A stretch of 64,000 bases of DNA from Lingula anatina (Eukaryota > Animalia > Brachiopoda). The notes beneath the pieces are model-generated. The model had not been told where the DNA came from. It did not search any database and was given only the letters and a program-made list of their open reading frames with translations. Shown here piece after piece: positions 1 to 12,112 of this stretch. Numbering within the stretch: position 1 is the stretch's first letter; each line of letters opens with the position of its first letter. Where the stretch lies: assembly GCA_051362555.1 (NCBI GenBank), contig CM120640.1:26994503-27058502 (forward strand). Reading direction: 5' to 3'. The position numbers were made by a program, and so were the translations under genes.

Positions 1-3000
1 CTTCACACCACCCCCAAAAATATAAAATTACCTAACCTTAGCTTGAATCCAAGAGTGAAATCTATGTCTGGGTGGTCGTTCATCATCTTCTTTGTCCTGT
101 AAAAAAAAAATGAATATCAAGATTAGATTTTTTCAATTTACCCATCCCACCACCCCCAAAAAATAAAATTTACTAACCTTGGCTTGAATCCAAGAGGGAA
201 GTCCATGTCTGGGGGGGGGGGGGGGGGGGTCACTCATCATCTTCTTTGTCCTGTAAAAAGAAATGAAAAACAAGATTAGATTTTTTCAGTTTACCATTCA
301 CACCGCCCCAAGAAAAACAAAATGTACTAACCTTAGCTTGGGTCCAGGAATGAAGTCCATGTCCAGTTGGGGTTGCTCTTCATCTTCTTTGACTGCAAAA
401 GGAAAATGAAAAAAAAGATTAGATTTTTTCAATTAACCCATTCCACTAACCCCCCAAAAAAAGAAAAACTACTAACCATAGGTTGGATCCAAGAGTAAAG
501 TCCATGTCCGGGTGGGGTAGCTCATCATATTCTTTGTCCTGTAAAAAGAAATGAAAAACAAGATTAGATTTTTTCAATTAACCCATTCCACCCCCCCCCC
601 CCCCCCAAAAAAAAAATAAAATTTACTAACCTTGGCTTTAATCCAAGAGGGAAGTCCATGTCTGGGGGGGGGGGGGGGGTCGCTCATCATCTTGTTTTGT
701 CCTGTAAAAAGAAATGAAAAACAAGATTAGATTTTTTTCAATTAACCCATTCCACACCCCCCCCTTCCAAAAAAAAAAATAAATAAATAAAATGTACTAA
801 CCTTGGCTTGAATCGAAGATGGAAGTCCATGTCTGGGGGTTGGGGGGTCGCTCATCATCTTCTTTGTATTGTAAAAAGAAATGAAAAAAACAAGATTAGA
901 TTTTTTCAATTTACCCATCCCACCACCCCAAAACAATAAAATTTACTAACCTTGGCTTGAATCCAAGTGGGAAGTCCATGTCTGGGGGTGGGGGGGGGGG
1001 GCGCTCATCTTCTTTGACTGCAAAAAGAAAATGAAAAAAAAGATTAGATTTTTTCAATTAACCCATTCCACTAACTCCCCAAAAAATAAAAACCACTAAC
1101 CTTAGGTTGGATCCAAGAGTAAAGTCCATGTCTGGGTGGGGTCACTCATCATCTTCTTTGTCCTGTAAAAAGAAATGAAAAACAAGATTAGATTTTTTTC
1201 AATTAACCCATTCCACTAACCCCCCAAAAAAATAAAAACTACTAAAAAATAAATAAAATGTACTAACCTTGGCTTGAATCCAAGATGGAAGTCCATGTCT
1301 GGGGGTTGGGGGGTCGCTCATCATCTTGTTTGTCCTGTAAAAAGAAATGAAAAACAAGATTAGATTTTTTCAATTTACCCTTCACACCACCCCAAAAAAA
1401 ACAAAATGTACTCACCTTAGGTTCGGTCCAGGAATGAAGTCCATGTCCGGTTGGGGTTGCTCTTCATCTTCTTTAACTGCAAAAAGAAAATGAAAAAAAA
1501 AAGATTAGATTTTTTCAATTAACCCATTCCACTAACCCCCTAAAAAATAAAAACTACTAACCTTAGGTTGGATCCAACAGTAAAGTCCATGTCCGGGTGG
1601 GGTCACTCATCATCTTCTTTGTCCTGTAAAAAGAAATGAAAAACAAGATTAGATTTTTTCAATTAACCCATTCCACTAACCCCCCCAAAAAATAAAAACT
1701 ACTAACCCTAGGTTGGATCCAAGAGTAAAGTCCATGTCCGGTTGGGGTAGCTCATCATCTTCTTTGTCCTGTAAAAAGAAATGAAAAACAAGATTAGATT
1801 TTTTCAATTAACCCATTCCACCCCCCCCCCCAAAAAAAAAATAAATAAATAAATAAATAAAATGTACTAACCTTGGCTTGAATCCAAGATGGAAGTCCAT
1901 GTCTGGGGGTTGGTGGGTCGCTCATCATCTTCTTTGTCCTGTCAAAAGAAATAAAAAACAAGATTAGATTTTTTCAATTTACCCTTCACACCACCCCAAA
2001 AATATAAAATTTACTAACCTTAGCTTGGATCCAAGATTGAAGTCCATGTCTGGGGGTTGGGGGGTCGCTCATCATCTTCTTTGTCCTGTAAAAAGAAATG
2101 AAAAACAAGATTAGATTTTTTCAATTTACCCTTCACACCACCCCAAAAATATAAAATTTACTAACCTTAGCTTGAATCCAAGAGTGAAATCTATGTCTGG
2201 GTGGGGTCGTTCATCATCTTCTTTGTCCTGTAAAAAAAAAATGAATATCAAGATTAGATTTTTTCAATTTACCCATCCCACCACCCCCAAAAAATAAAAT
2301 TTACTAACCTTGGCTTGAATCCAAGAGGGAAGTCCATGTCTGGGGGGGGGGGGGGGGGGGGTCACTCATCATCTTCTTTGTCCTGTAAAAAGAAATGAAA
2401 AACAAGATTAGATTTTTTCAGTTTACCATTCACACCGCCCAAGAAAAACAAAATGTACTAACCTTAGCTTGGGTCCAGGAATGAAGTCCATGTCCAGTTG
2501 GGGTTGCTCTTCATCTTCTTTGACTGCAAAAGGAAAATGAAAAAAAAGATTAGATTTTTTCAATTAACCCATTCCACTAACCCCCCAAAAAAAGAAAAAC
2601 TACTAACCATAGGTTGGATCCAAGAGTAAAGTCCATGTCCGGGTGGGGTAGCTCATCATATTCTTTGTCCTGTAAAAAGAAATGAAAAACAAGATTAGAT
2701 TTTTTCAATTAACCCATTTTACACCCCCTCTCCCCCCCAAAAAAAAAATAAATATATAAAATGTACTAACCTTGGCTTGAATCCAAGATGAAAGTCCATG
2801 TCTGGGGGTTGGGGGGTTGCTCATCATCTTCTTTGTCCTGTAAAAAGAAATGAAAAACAAGATTAGATTTTTTCAATTAACCCATTCCACACCCCCCCCC
2901 CCCCCCCAAAAAAAATTAATAAATAAAATTTACTTACCTTGGCTTAAATCCAAGATGGAAGTCCATGTCTGGGGGTTGGGGGGTCGCTCATCATCTTCTT

Positions 3001-6000
3001 TGTCCTGTAAAAAGAAATGAAAAACAAGATTAGATTTTTTAAATTCACCCTTCACACCACCCCAAAAATATAAAATTTACTAACCTTAGCTTGGATCCAA
3101 GAGTGAAGTCCATGTCCGGGTGGGGTCGCTCATCATCTTCTTTGACTGCAAAAAGAAAATGAAAAATAAGATAAGATTTTTTCAATTAACCCATTCCACT
3201 AACCCCCCAAAAAATAAAAACTACTAACCTTGGCTTAAATCCAAGAGGGAAGTCCATGTCTGTGGGGGGGGGGGGGGGGTCGCTCATCATATTCTTTGTC
3301 CTGTAAAAAGAAATGAAAAACAAGATTAGATTTTTTCAATTAACCCATTCCACACCCCACAGCCACCCCCCCCCCCAAAAAAAAAAAATATATATATATA
3401 TATATATAAAATGTACTAACCTTGGCTTTAATCCAAGATGGAAGTCCATTTCTGGGGGTTGGGGGGTCGCTCATCATCTTCTTTGTCCTGTAAAAAGAAA
3501 TGAAAAACAAGATTAGATTTTTTCAATTTACCCTTCACACAACCCCAAAAATATAAAATTTACTAACCTTGGCTTGAATCCAAGAGGGAAGTCCATGTCT
3601 GGGGGGTGGGGGGGTCACTCATCATAGTCTTTGTCCTGTAAAAAGAAATGAAAAACAAGATTAGATTTTTTCAATTTACCCTTCACATCGCCCAAGAAAA
3701 ACAAAATGTACTAACCTTAGCTTGGGTCCAGGAATGAAGTCCATGTCCGGTTGGGGTCGCTCTTCATCTTCTTTGACTGCAAAAAGAAAATGAAAAAAAA
3801 GATTAGATTTTTTCAATTAACCCATTCCACTAACCCCCTAAAAAATAAAAACTACTAACCTTAGGTTGGATCCAAGAGTATACTCCATGTCCGGGTGGGG
3901 TCACTCATCATTTTCTTTGTCCTGTAAAAAGAAATGAAAAACAAGATTAGATTTTTTCAATTAACCCATTCCACTAACCCCCCCCAAAAATAAAAACTAC
4001 TAAACTTAAGTTGGATCCAAGAGTAAAGTCCATGTCCGGGTGGGGTCGCTCTTCATCTTCTTTGACTGCAAAAAGAAATGAAAAACAAGATTAGATTTTT
4101 TCAATTAACCCATTCCACTAACCCCCCAAAAAATAAAAACTACTAACCTTAGCTTGGATCCAGGAATGAAGTCCATGTCCGGTTGTGGTAGCTCATCATC
4201 TTCTTTGTCCTGTAAAAAGAAATGAAAAACAAGATTAGATTTTTTAAATTCACCCTTCACACCACCCCAAAAATATAAAATTTACTAACCTTAGCTTGGA
4301 TCCAAGAGTGAAGTCCATGTCCGGGTGGGGTCGCTCATCATCTTCTTTGACTGCAAAAAGAAAATGAAAAATAAGATAAGATTTTTTCAATTAACCCATT
4401 CCACTAACCCCCCAAAAAATAAAAACTACTAACCTTGGCTTAAATCCAAGAGGGAAGTCCATGTCTGTGGGGGGGGGGGGGGGGGGGGGGGGTCGCTCAT
4501 CATATTCTTTGTCCTGTAAAAAGAAATGAAAAACAAGATTAGATTTTATCAATTAACCCATCCCACCACCCCCAAAAAATGAAATTTACTAACCTTGGCT
4601 TGTATCCAAGAGGGAAGTCTATGTCTGGGGGGGGGGTCACTCATCATCTTCTTTGTCCTGTAAAAAGTAATGAAAAACGAGATTAGATTTTTTCAATTTA
4701 CCCTTCACACCGCCCAAGAAAAACAAAATGTACTAACCTTAGCTTGGGTCTAGGAATGAAGTCCATGTCCGGGTGGGGTCGCTCTTCATCTTCTTTGACT
4801 GCAAAAAGAAATGAAAAACAAGATTAGATTTTTTCAATTAACCCATTCCACTAACCCCCAAAAAATAAAAACTACTAACCTTAGGTTGGATCCAAGAGAA
4901 AAATCCATGTCCGGGAGGGGTCGCTTATCATCTTCTTTGTCCTGTAATAAGAAATGAAAAACAAGATTGAATTTTTTCAATTAACACATTCCACTAACCC
5001 CCCAAAAAATAAAAAATATACTAACCTTGGCTTGAATCCAAGAGTGAAGTCCATATCTCGGGGGGGGGGGGGGTCGCTCATCATATTCTTTGTCCTGTAA
5101 AAAGAAATAAAAAACAAGATTAGATTTTTTCAATTTACCCTTCACACCACCCCACAAATATAAAATTTACTAACCTAAGCTTGGATCCAAGAGTGAAGTC
5201 CATGTCTGTGTGGGGTCGCTCATCATCTTCTTTGTCCTGTAAAAAGAAATGAAAAACAAGATTAGATTTTTTCAATTTACCCATCCCACAACCCCCAAAA
5301 AATAAAATTTACTAACCTTGGCTTGAATCCAAGAGGGAAGTCCATGTCTGGGGGGGGGGGGGGGGTCGCTCATCATCTTGTTTGTCCAGTAAAAAGAAAT
5401 GAAAAACAAGATTAGATTTTTTCAATTTACCCATCCCACCACCCGAAAAAAATGAAATATACTAACCTTAGCTTGGGTCCAGGAATGAAGTCCATGTCTG
5501 GGTGGGGTTGCTCTTCATCTTCTTTGACTGCAAAAAGAAATGAAAAACAAGATTAGATTTTTTCAATTAACCCATTCCACTAACCCCCTTAAATATAAAA
5601 ACTACTAACCTTAGCTTGGATCCAAGAGTAAAGTCCATGTCCGGGTGGGGTCACTCATCATCTTCTTTGTCCTGTAAAAAGAAATGAAAAACAAGATTAG
5701 ATTTTTTCAATTAACCCATTCCACTAACCCCCCAAAAAAATAAAAACTACTAACCCTTGGTTGGATCCAAGAGTAAAGTCCATGTCCGGTTGGGGTAGCT
5801 CATCATCTTCTTTGTCCTGTAAAAAGAAATGAAAAACAAGATTAGATTTTTTCAATTAACCCATTCCACTAACCCCCAAAAAAATAAAAACTTCTAACCT
5901 TAGCTTGGATCCAAGAGTAAAGTCCATGTCCGGGTGGGGTCGCTCATCATCTTCTTTGTCCTGTAAAAAGAAATGAAAAACAAGATTAGATTTTTTCAAT

Positions 6001-7515
6001 TTACCCATCCCACCACCCCAAAAAAAATAAAATTTACTAACCTTGGCTTGAATCCAAGAGGGAAGTCCATGTCTGGGGGGGGGGGGGGGGGGGGGGGTCG
6101 CTCATCATCTTGTTTGTCCAGTAAAAAGAAATGAAAAACAAGATTAGATTTTTTCAATTTACCCATCCCACCACCCGAAAAAAATGAAATATACTAACCT
6201 TAGCTTGGGTCCAGGAATGAAGTCCATGTCTGGGTGGGGTTGCTCTTCATTTTCTTTGACTGCAAAAAGAAATGAAAAACAAGATTAGATTTTTTCAATT
6301 AACCCATTCCACTAACCCCCTAAAATATAAAAACTACTAACCTTAGCTTGGATCCAAGAGTAAAGTCCATGTCCGGGTGGGGTCACTCATCATCTTCTTT
6401 GTCCTGTAAAAAGAAATGAAAAACAAGATTAGATTTTTTCAATTAACCCATTCCACTAACCCCCCAAAAAAATAAAAACTACTAACCCTAGGTTGGATCC
6501 AAGAGTAAAGTCCATGTCCGGTTGGGGTAGCTCATCATCTTCTTTGTCCTGTAAAAAGAAATGAAAAACAAGATTAGATTTTTTCAATTAACCCATTCCA
6601 CTAACCCCCAAAAAAATAAAAACTTCTAACCTTAGCTTGGATCCAAGAGTAAAGTCCATGTCCGGGTGGGGTCGCTCATCATCTTCTTTGTCCTGTAAAA
6701 AGAAATGAAAAACAAGATTAGATTTTTTCAATTTACCCATCCCACCACCCCAAAAAAAATAAAATTTACTAACCTTGGCTTGAATCCAAGAGGGAAGTCC
6801 ATGTCTGGGGGGGGGGGGGGGGGGGTCGCTCATCATCTTCTTTGTACTGTAAAAAGAAATGAAAAACAAGATTAGATTTTTTCAATTTACCCTTCACACC
6901 ACCCCAAAAAAACAAAATGTACTAACCTTAGCTTGGGTCCAGGAATGAAGTCCATGTCCGGTTGGGGTCGCTCTTCATCTTCTTTGACTGCAAAAAGAAA
7001 ATGAAAAAAAAGATTAGATTTTTTCAATTAACCCATTCAAATAACCCCCCAAAAAATAAAAACTACTAACCTTAGGTTGGATCCAAGAGTAAAGTCCATG
7101 TCCGGGTGGGGTAGCTCATCATCTTCTTTGTCCTGTAAAAAGAAATGAAAAACAAAATTAGATTTTTTTCAATTAACCCATTCCACACCCCCCCCTCCCC
7201 CCAAAATAAATAAATAAATAAATAAAATGTACTAACCTTGGCTTGAATCCAAGATGGAACTCCATGTCTGGGGGTTGGGGGTCGCTCATCATCTTCTTTG
7301 TCCTGTAAAAAGAAATGAAAAACAAGATTAGATTTTTTCAATTTACCCTTCACACCACCCCAAAAATATAAAATTTACTAACCTTAGCTTGGATCCAAGA
7401 GTGAAATCCATGTCTGGGTGGGGTCGCTCATCATCTTCTTTGTCCTGTAAAAAGAAATGAAAAACAAGATTAGATTTTTTCAATTTATCCATCCCACCAC
7501 CCCCCAAAAAATAAA
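1..7515. repeat. Tandem satellite array, ~145-160 bp monomer, roughly 50 copies, with higher-order blocks; runs off the left edge of the window
   Basis: The core 'aaccttagcttggatccaagagtaaagtccatgtccgggtggggtcgctcatcatcttctttgtcctgtaaaaagaaatgaaaaacaagattagattttttcaatt' recurs continuously; GGATCC falls at ~5618, 5763 and 5908 (period ~145). Length variation comes from poly-G, poly-C and poly-A runs. Confidence 0.97.
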
Positions 7516-7619
7516 TAAAAATTATTATCCTTGAATTCTTCATCCAAAAACTAGTCAATGTCTGTATGGTGTCGATCAGGAGATTAGATTTTTTTTTTAA
7601 TTTACAACCACCCCCCTTC

Positions 7620-9080
7620 CAAAAAAAACTATATAATTTCCAGAGCGATTAACCAATTTTTTCAACTGAAGGTATGTTTATGTCTCTTGCTACTTTTCTT
7701 TGTTTGAGTTCTTCAAGTTGGAGAAGTGAAAGGGACATGGTTTTCCTTTAATGGTCACTGCGGAGGCACTGGCCAAAATAGGGATGTCTTCAGTTTTGAT
7801 GCAATATTACATAATGCTTAACAGCATAATGACCATAAAGTTTTAATAATAAAATAAAAGTATAATGGATATTCAACAAATGTGACATGGAAAGGTCTTC
7901 AAGGTCATGGAAGTTCAGAGTTACACCTTCAAAATACCAATGTGTAAACAAGAGATAACTGTACTGGAATGATTTTCTTTCAATTTTCAACACCTTTTTT
8001 TTCATAAAACAAAATGAGCAATTTACTGTCATTTTTAAATGATCAACTAAGAAAATTGTTGATATAGGAAAAATATCAATAGAGCAATTTTAAATATCCT
8101 ATTTGCTCCATTCTGAGATTCTGAACATAGTGAATGATTGAATCTGACAAACTGTAAAGATATGAGTTTATTTCCATTTTTGAAACTTTATTACACAATA
8201 CACAATAACAGGTTTACCATCATTTTTATATAATCAACTAATAATATTGTTAAGATGCAGAAAATGTTAAAAGAACACCTTTTTATATCTAATTAGTTGA
8301 AAAATGAGACTGTTAATGTGCCTAAGAATTAAATCTGAAGAAAAAACACTTATATACAAAAACAAGGCATAACTTCAACAAAACTTAACCAATCAAGCTT
8401 ATTTTCTAAGTAAATCTGTATTTCAGTAAGACTGATCACTCCTGTGAATTTCTAGACAATTGGCCAATTGATTTTCCTTGAAATGTGTTATCGGTGGTGC
8501 ATATACAGTATGCCGAAAAAAGTTAAAAACCAGAATAGCTTCTATATAAATATCCTGACAATGCCAATTTTCTAACTTGACCTGTGTACTATGAATACAT
8601 CAGTTCTGTAAGTTTCAATCCAAATGTAAAAATGGTTTTCCACATATTGTGTTATGGGTGTTGCACATATGCTGGAAAAAAGTGAAAAAACAGCATAACT
8701 TTTATAAAAATGACACGATCATGTTGATTTTCGAACTTGACCTTCGTATTATAAATATTCATCAGTTCTGTAAGTTTCAAGCTAAAAGGTAAAGCATTTT
8801 TTCCCTTATTGTGTTATCAGTGTTGTATATATGCTGAAAAAAATGTAAAAAATAGCATAATTCTTTCATAAAAATGGCCTGATCAAGCTGATTTTCAAAT
8901 TTGACCTGCGTATTATGAATATTCATCAGTTCTGTAAGTTTCAAGCCAAAAGGTAAAAAGGTTTTCCACTTATCGTGTTATCGGTGAAAGTGCACAGCAA
9001 CGACAGCGACGACGGAGACGACAGAGACGACAGATGCAGGTGAAGGCTATTTGTACAGACACATGTGTCTGTACATAAAA
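7620..9080 (-). mobile_element. Non-autonomous Helentron-like element (HINE), copy A; far end not identified
   Basis: Terminal palindrome TGTACAGACACATGTGTCTGTACA followed by AAAAA at ~9052-9080, a (GAC)n-like microsatellite at ~9000-9033, and ~160 bp internal tandem repeats at ~8340-8990. The body aligns by eye with 23280-24789 and, in reverse, with 15618-17300. Confidence 0.75.
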
Positions 9081-10084
9081 ACAATACACAAAAGGGAAAA
9101 ACACTCACTCACACTTGAGAGAAAATGCACATCAGCCTTAGAAGAGAAACACGACAACCAAACAAGCGTGTCCTAAATAGGGCATATGAAGGTTTTGGTT
9201 CTAGCCTCAAAGGGCATTCAACTTTCAAGAACGACCTAGAAACATGAGCGTAACTTAAGAGGACTATGACAGAAATGGAAAAGGGAGTATGACATGGTGG
9301 TACTTACCCATCTCCAGTAGCTTGGGTTTCAGTCCATTTACGATTAATTTTTCTGCGGCGGTTATTCGAGGTCCGGGCTAAGAGCTGAGTATTATTTGTA
9401 CATGCACATTTCCCAGAGCGAAGAGTTCGCATGGATTGAAGGGTCGAATTCACAGAATCACATTCGATGTTTTGTGCTAGTAAAGAAACTATCCTCAGCT
9501 GCGATGCATTGGCGTAGGATCACATGAGATTTGAAGGCGGTTGCCCGAGAAAAAATCGCTCTCACTTCGCGTCCTTTGTACTCCTCTGGAGTGAAACGCA
9601 ACATGTCCATCCCGCTTCACAATTGCCCGCTCTTAGACTTCCAATCTTAGATTGTCGGCTGGGGGCGTTGCTGTCGTCAGCATCCTGTCAGTTTGAATGC
9701 GGGGGTGTCGTATGAGAATGAGACCCAAATTTAATTATTGCATTGTATATATACCTACATTTAAAATGCATTCAGCGTTTTCATACCTAAACTATTTTGT
9801 TTAAACAGAAAAAAACGCGCATTTACCTCGGAGGGAAGAATCAATGTACGGCTATAATAGTTTTTGGAGGGAAACCACGCATGCCTCTCCCTCAGTTATT
9901 ATTGACAGTGTCCTTGCATCTTGTTGACATGATATCAACCTGAAGTTTATAAACCTGCCCCAGGAAAATGTTTTAGTTACTTTTTACATTTGCTTAAATA
10001 TTTTAACTACTTCTTATATTTGCTTGAAAGAAGATGACATGCAGGGCTCCATAGTCCCCCTTTTCACTGTTCAGAACTGGCATG

Positions 10085-10110
10085 GTTTAAAAAAAAAAAC
10101 GATCGTGTGT

Positions 10111-10141
<31 letters not shown>

Positions 10142-10148
10142 GGGGGGA
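10085..10148. repeat. Compound microsatellite: poly-A, (GT)n, poly-G
   Basis: Directly visible low-complexity runs. Confidence 0.9.
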
Positions 10149-11069
10149 GGTAGCGAGTTACCTCCCTCAGCTCCTGTGATCTTTTATGTTGTTTAATTAA
10201 CAGGTCTGTAGACGGAAAGGGAGGGGGGCGAACCCCAGAAGAAGGTTGTTTGCTCAGGGCAACATAAGACCTACGTACACGGAGGTTTCATGGTTAAAGG
10301 TCAACTTATAGAAAAAAAAACTTCACGTTTTGATAATCTACATCTACATGTACTACAATTACCCAAATGGTCTTTTATTTAAAAAAAGATTAACAAAAAG
10401 CATACAACCATATAATGAAGAGGACATTATCAGACTGAGTCTCTAATAACTAAAATGAAAAAGTATACTTTTTGCTGAAGATGGAGTTAAATAATCTGCC
10501 TCAACGGGTTCAGGGGTTGGGGTGAGAAGTAAAAAAAGTAGAAAGCCAAAATGATGAAATAACCTTAACATGAAATTACGAAGCACATTTTTCTGACTGG
10601 CGTGGAGTTTTCATTTTTACAGCATGGAATTTAATGTAAGTGATACTTAGACTACCTGTTCAATACCTGCTAGAGATATGCAGCAAGAAAAAAAGCGAGG
10701 ACATCGTGGGATATGGTGACCAGACCATGGACAGACGGCAGAGAGTTACAGGTGGTGCCCCCTCTGAAAATGGAGGCAAGGCCAATAATCTGAGAAATTA
10801 AGTATTGGACATGTACCGTTCATTACTTTTCGATCTCAATGGTGCGATGTGCGTAGAATAGGTGATTTTGCCAATTAAATATGAAGCCTATTTACTGATG
10901 TCAATCTATGGCAAATAACGGGGGATTGTGAAAAATGGGTAATTGAAGGTCTGATCATTCCCCTTCTTCTACCCCCTTACCCTCAATAGACAAAAAACTA
11001 TGAAAACAAAAATTTTATACGATACATTTTTATATTCTTATTAAAGATAAATTTCCTAATTGATGGGAT

Positions 11070-11325
11070 CAGGGGCGGATCCACGATTATTAGAAGGGGG
11101 TCCGGAACGACAGACCTCGACAGACAAGCCGACCATCACCCCCTAGGCGTGGGGTTCGTTGCCTGCTCAAGGGCCCCGAAAATTGTTTATCTTTTTGAGG
11201 GCAAACGGTGCCCTTTGGTACGGTTAAGAACTATGATTCAGCTAGTCAAACTTTTTTTCAAGAGGGGAATATTGGTGTGATATATTTTTCAGAAACCGAA
11301 GGGGGAGGGGTCAGGACCACCCAGT
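11070..11325. mobile_element. Partial MITE of the CAGGGGCGGATCC-terminus type
   Basis: Starts with CAGGGGCGGATCCA, the same terminus class as 40678-40844. A GC-rich island in AT-rich DNA; the right TIR is not clearly preserved. Confidence 0.45.
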
Positions 11326-12112
11326 TACATGTAAAATATATTTGCTCTTTATCTTTGTTTAATGTATAACTGCTTTTAAATAATAAAAGAAAATAGTTTT
11401 CTAAACAGAGCTGTTACATAAACAAATGCTATAACATTCTATTTAATAATTGTTTTATTTTTTATGAAAAATGTCTTATTCTAAGTTTCATTTTTTTCTG
11501 TGAGCACAGTGTGTTGCTATATTTGTACAAAATATAATTTTGATGTATATTGATGAAAACTGAAACATACGGGGAATTTATTAAAATATTAATGACTCGT
11601 GTAATTTGTTATCTTTTTAGGTGAAAATAGGCCTAAGCCTGAAATTTTGCCGCAAAGCGATTGTAATTTAGCATTAAATGAATCTATATATTATAAATTT
11701 ATAGTTAATAATTAAGTCATTAAATCAACGATGCAAGACTTAGATATTTTCCTTATTAAAGATTTATGTGGCATTCTCGATTGAAAGACCAAATCTGAGA
11801 TGATCTCACATCATAATCGGCCAAGGCGGTGTAAAAGCACACTAGTCGATGGTATTGAAAGTCACAGTGGCCATTTTGGGCACTTTTTCCAGTCCTACAC
11901 AGTACATTGTAGATATAATTAATCACAATGGGACATTTCTAGACTCTTTTTTATTTTCAGTGGAGTCATACTTATCATTTTTAAAAAATGTGATTTATTA
12001 GGTTTTGAATGTTATTATAGAAATACAGTGTGTCCCTTCCATGAAACAGAACTGGGAAATTTTGATCCTTTGAGTGAAAGTTAAATTTGAATATGGGAAG
12101 CATATTATATAG

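Noticed and set aside
5899-5960. Resemblance of DMDFTLGSKLR to the NAP1-family DFEIG motif
   Set aside because: Too short and weak to support homology without a search.
1-7515. CRISPR-like array or coding ORFs (742-936, 3313-3516, 6588-7558) in the repeat
   Set aside because: There are no unique spacers (entire units repeat), the context is eukaryotic, and no cas genes are present. The listed ORFs are chance read-throughs of satellite monomers.
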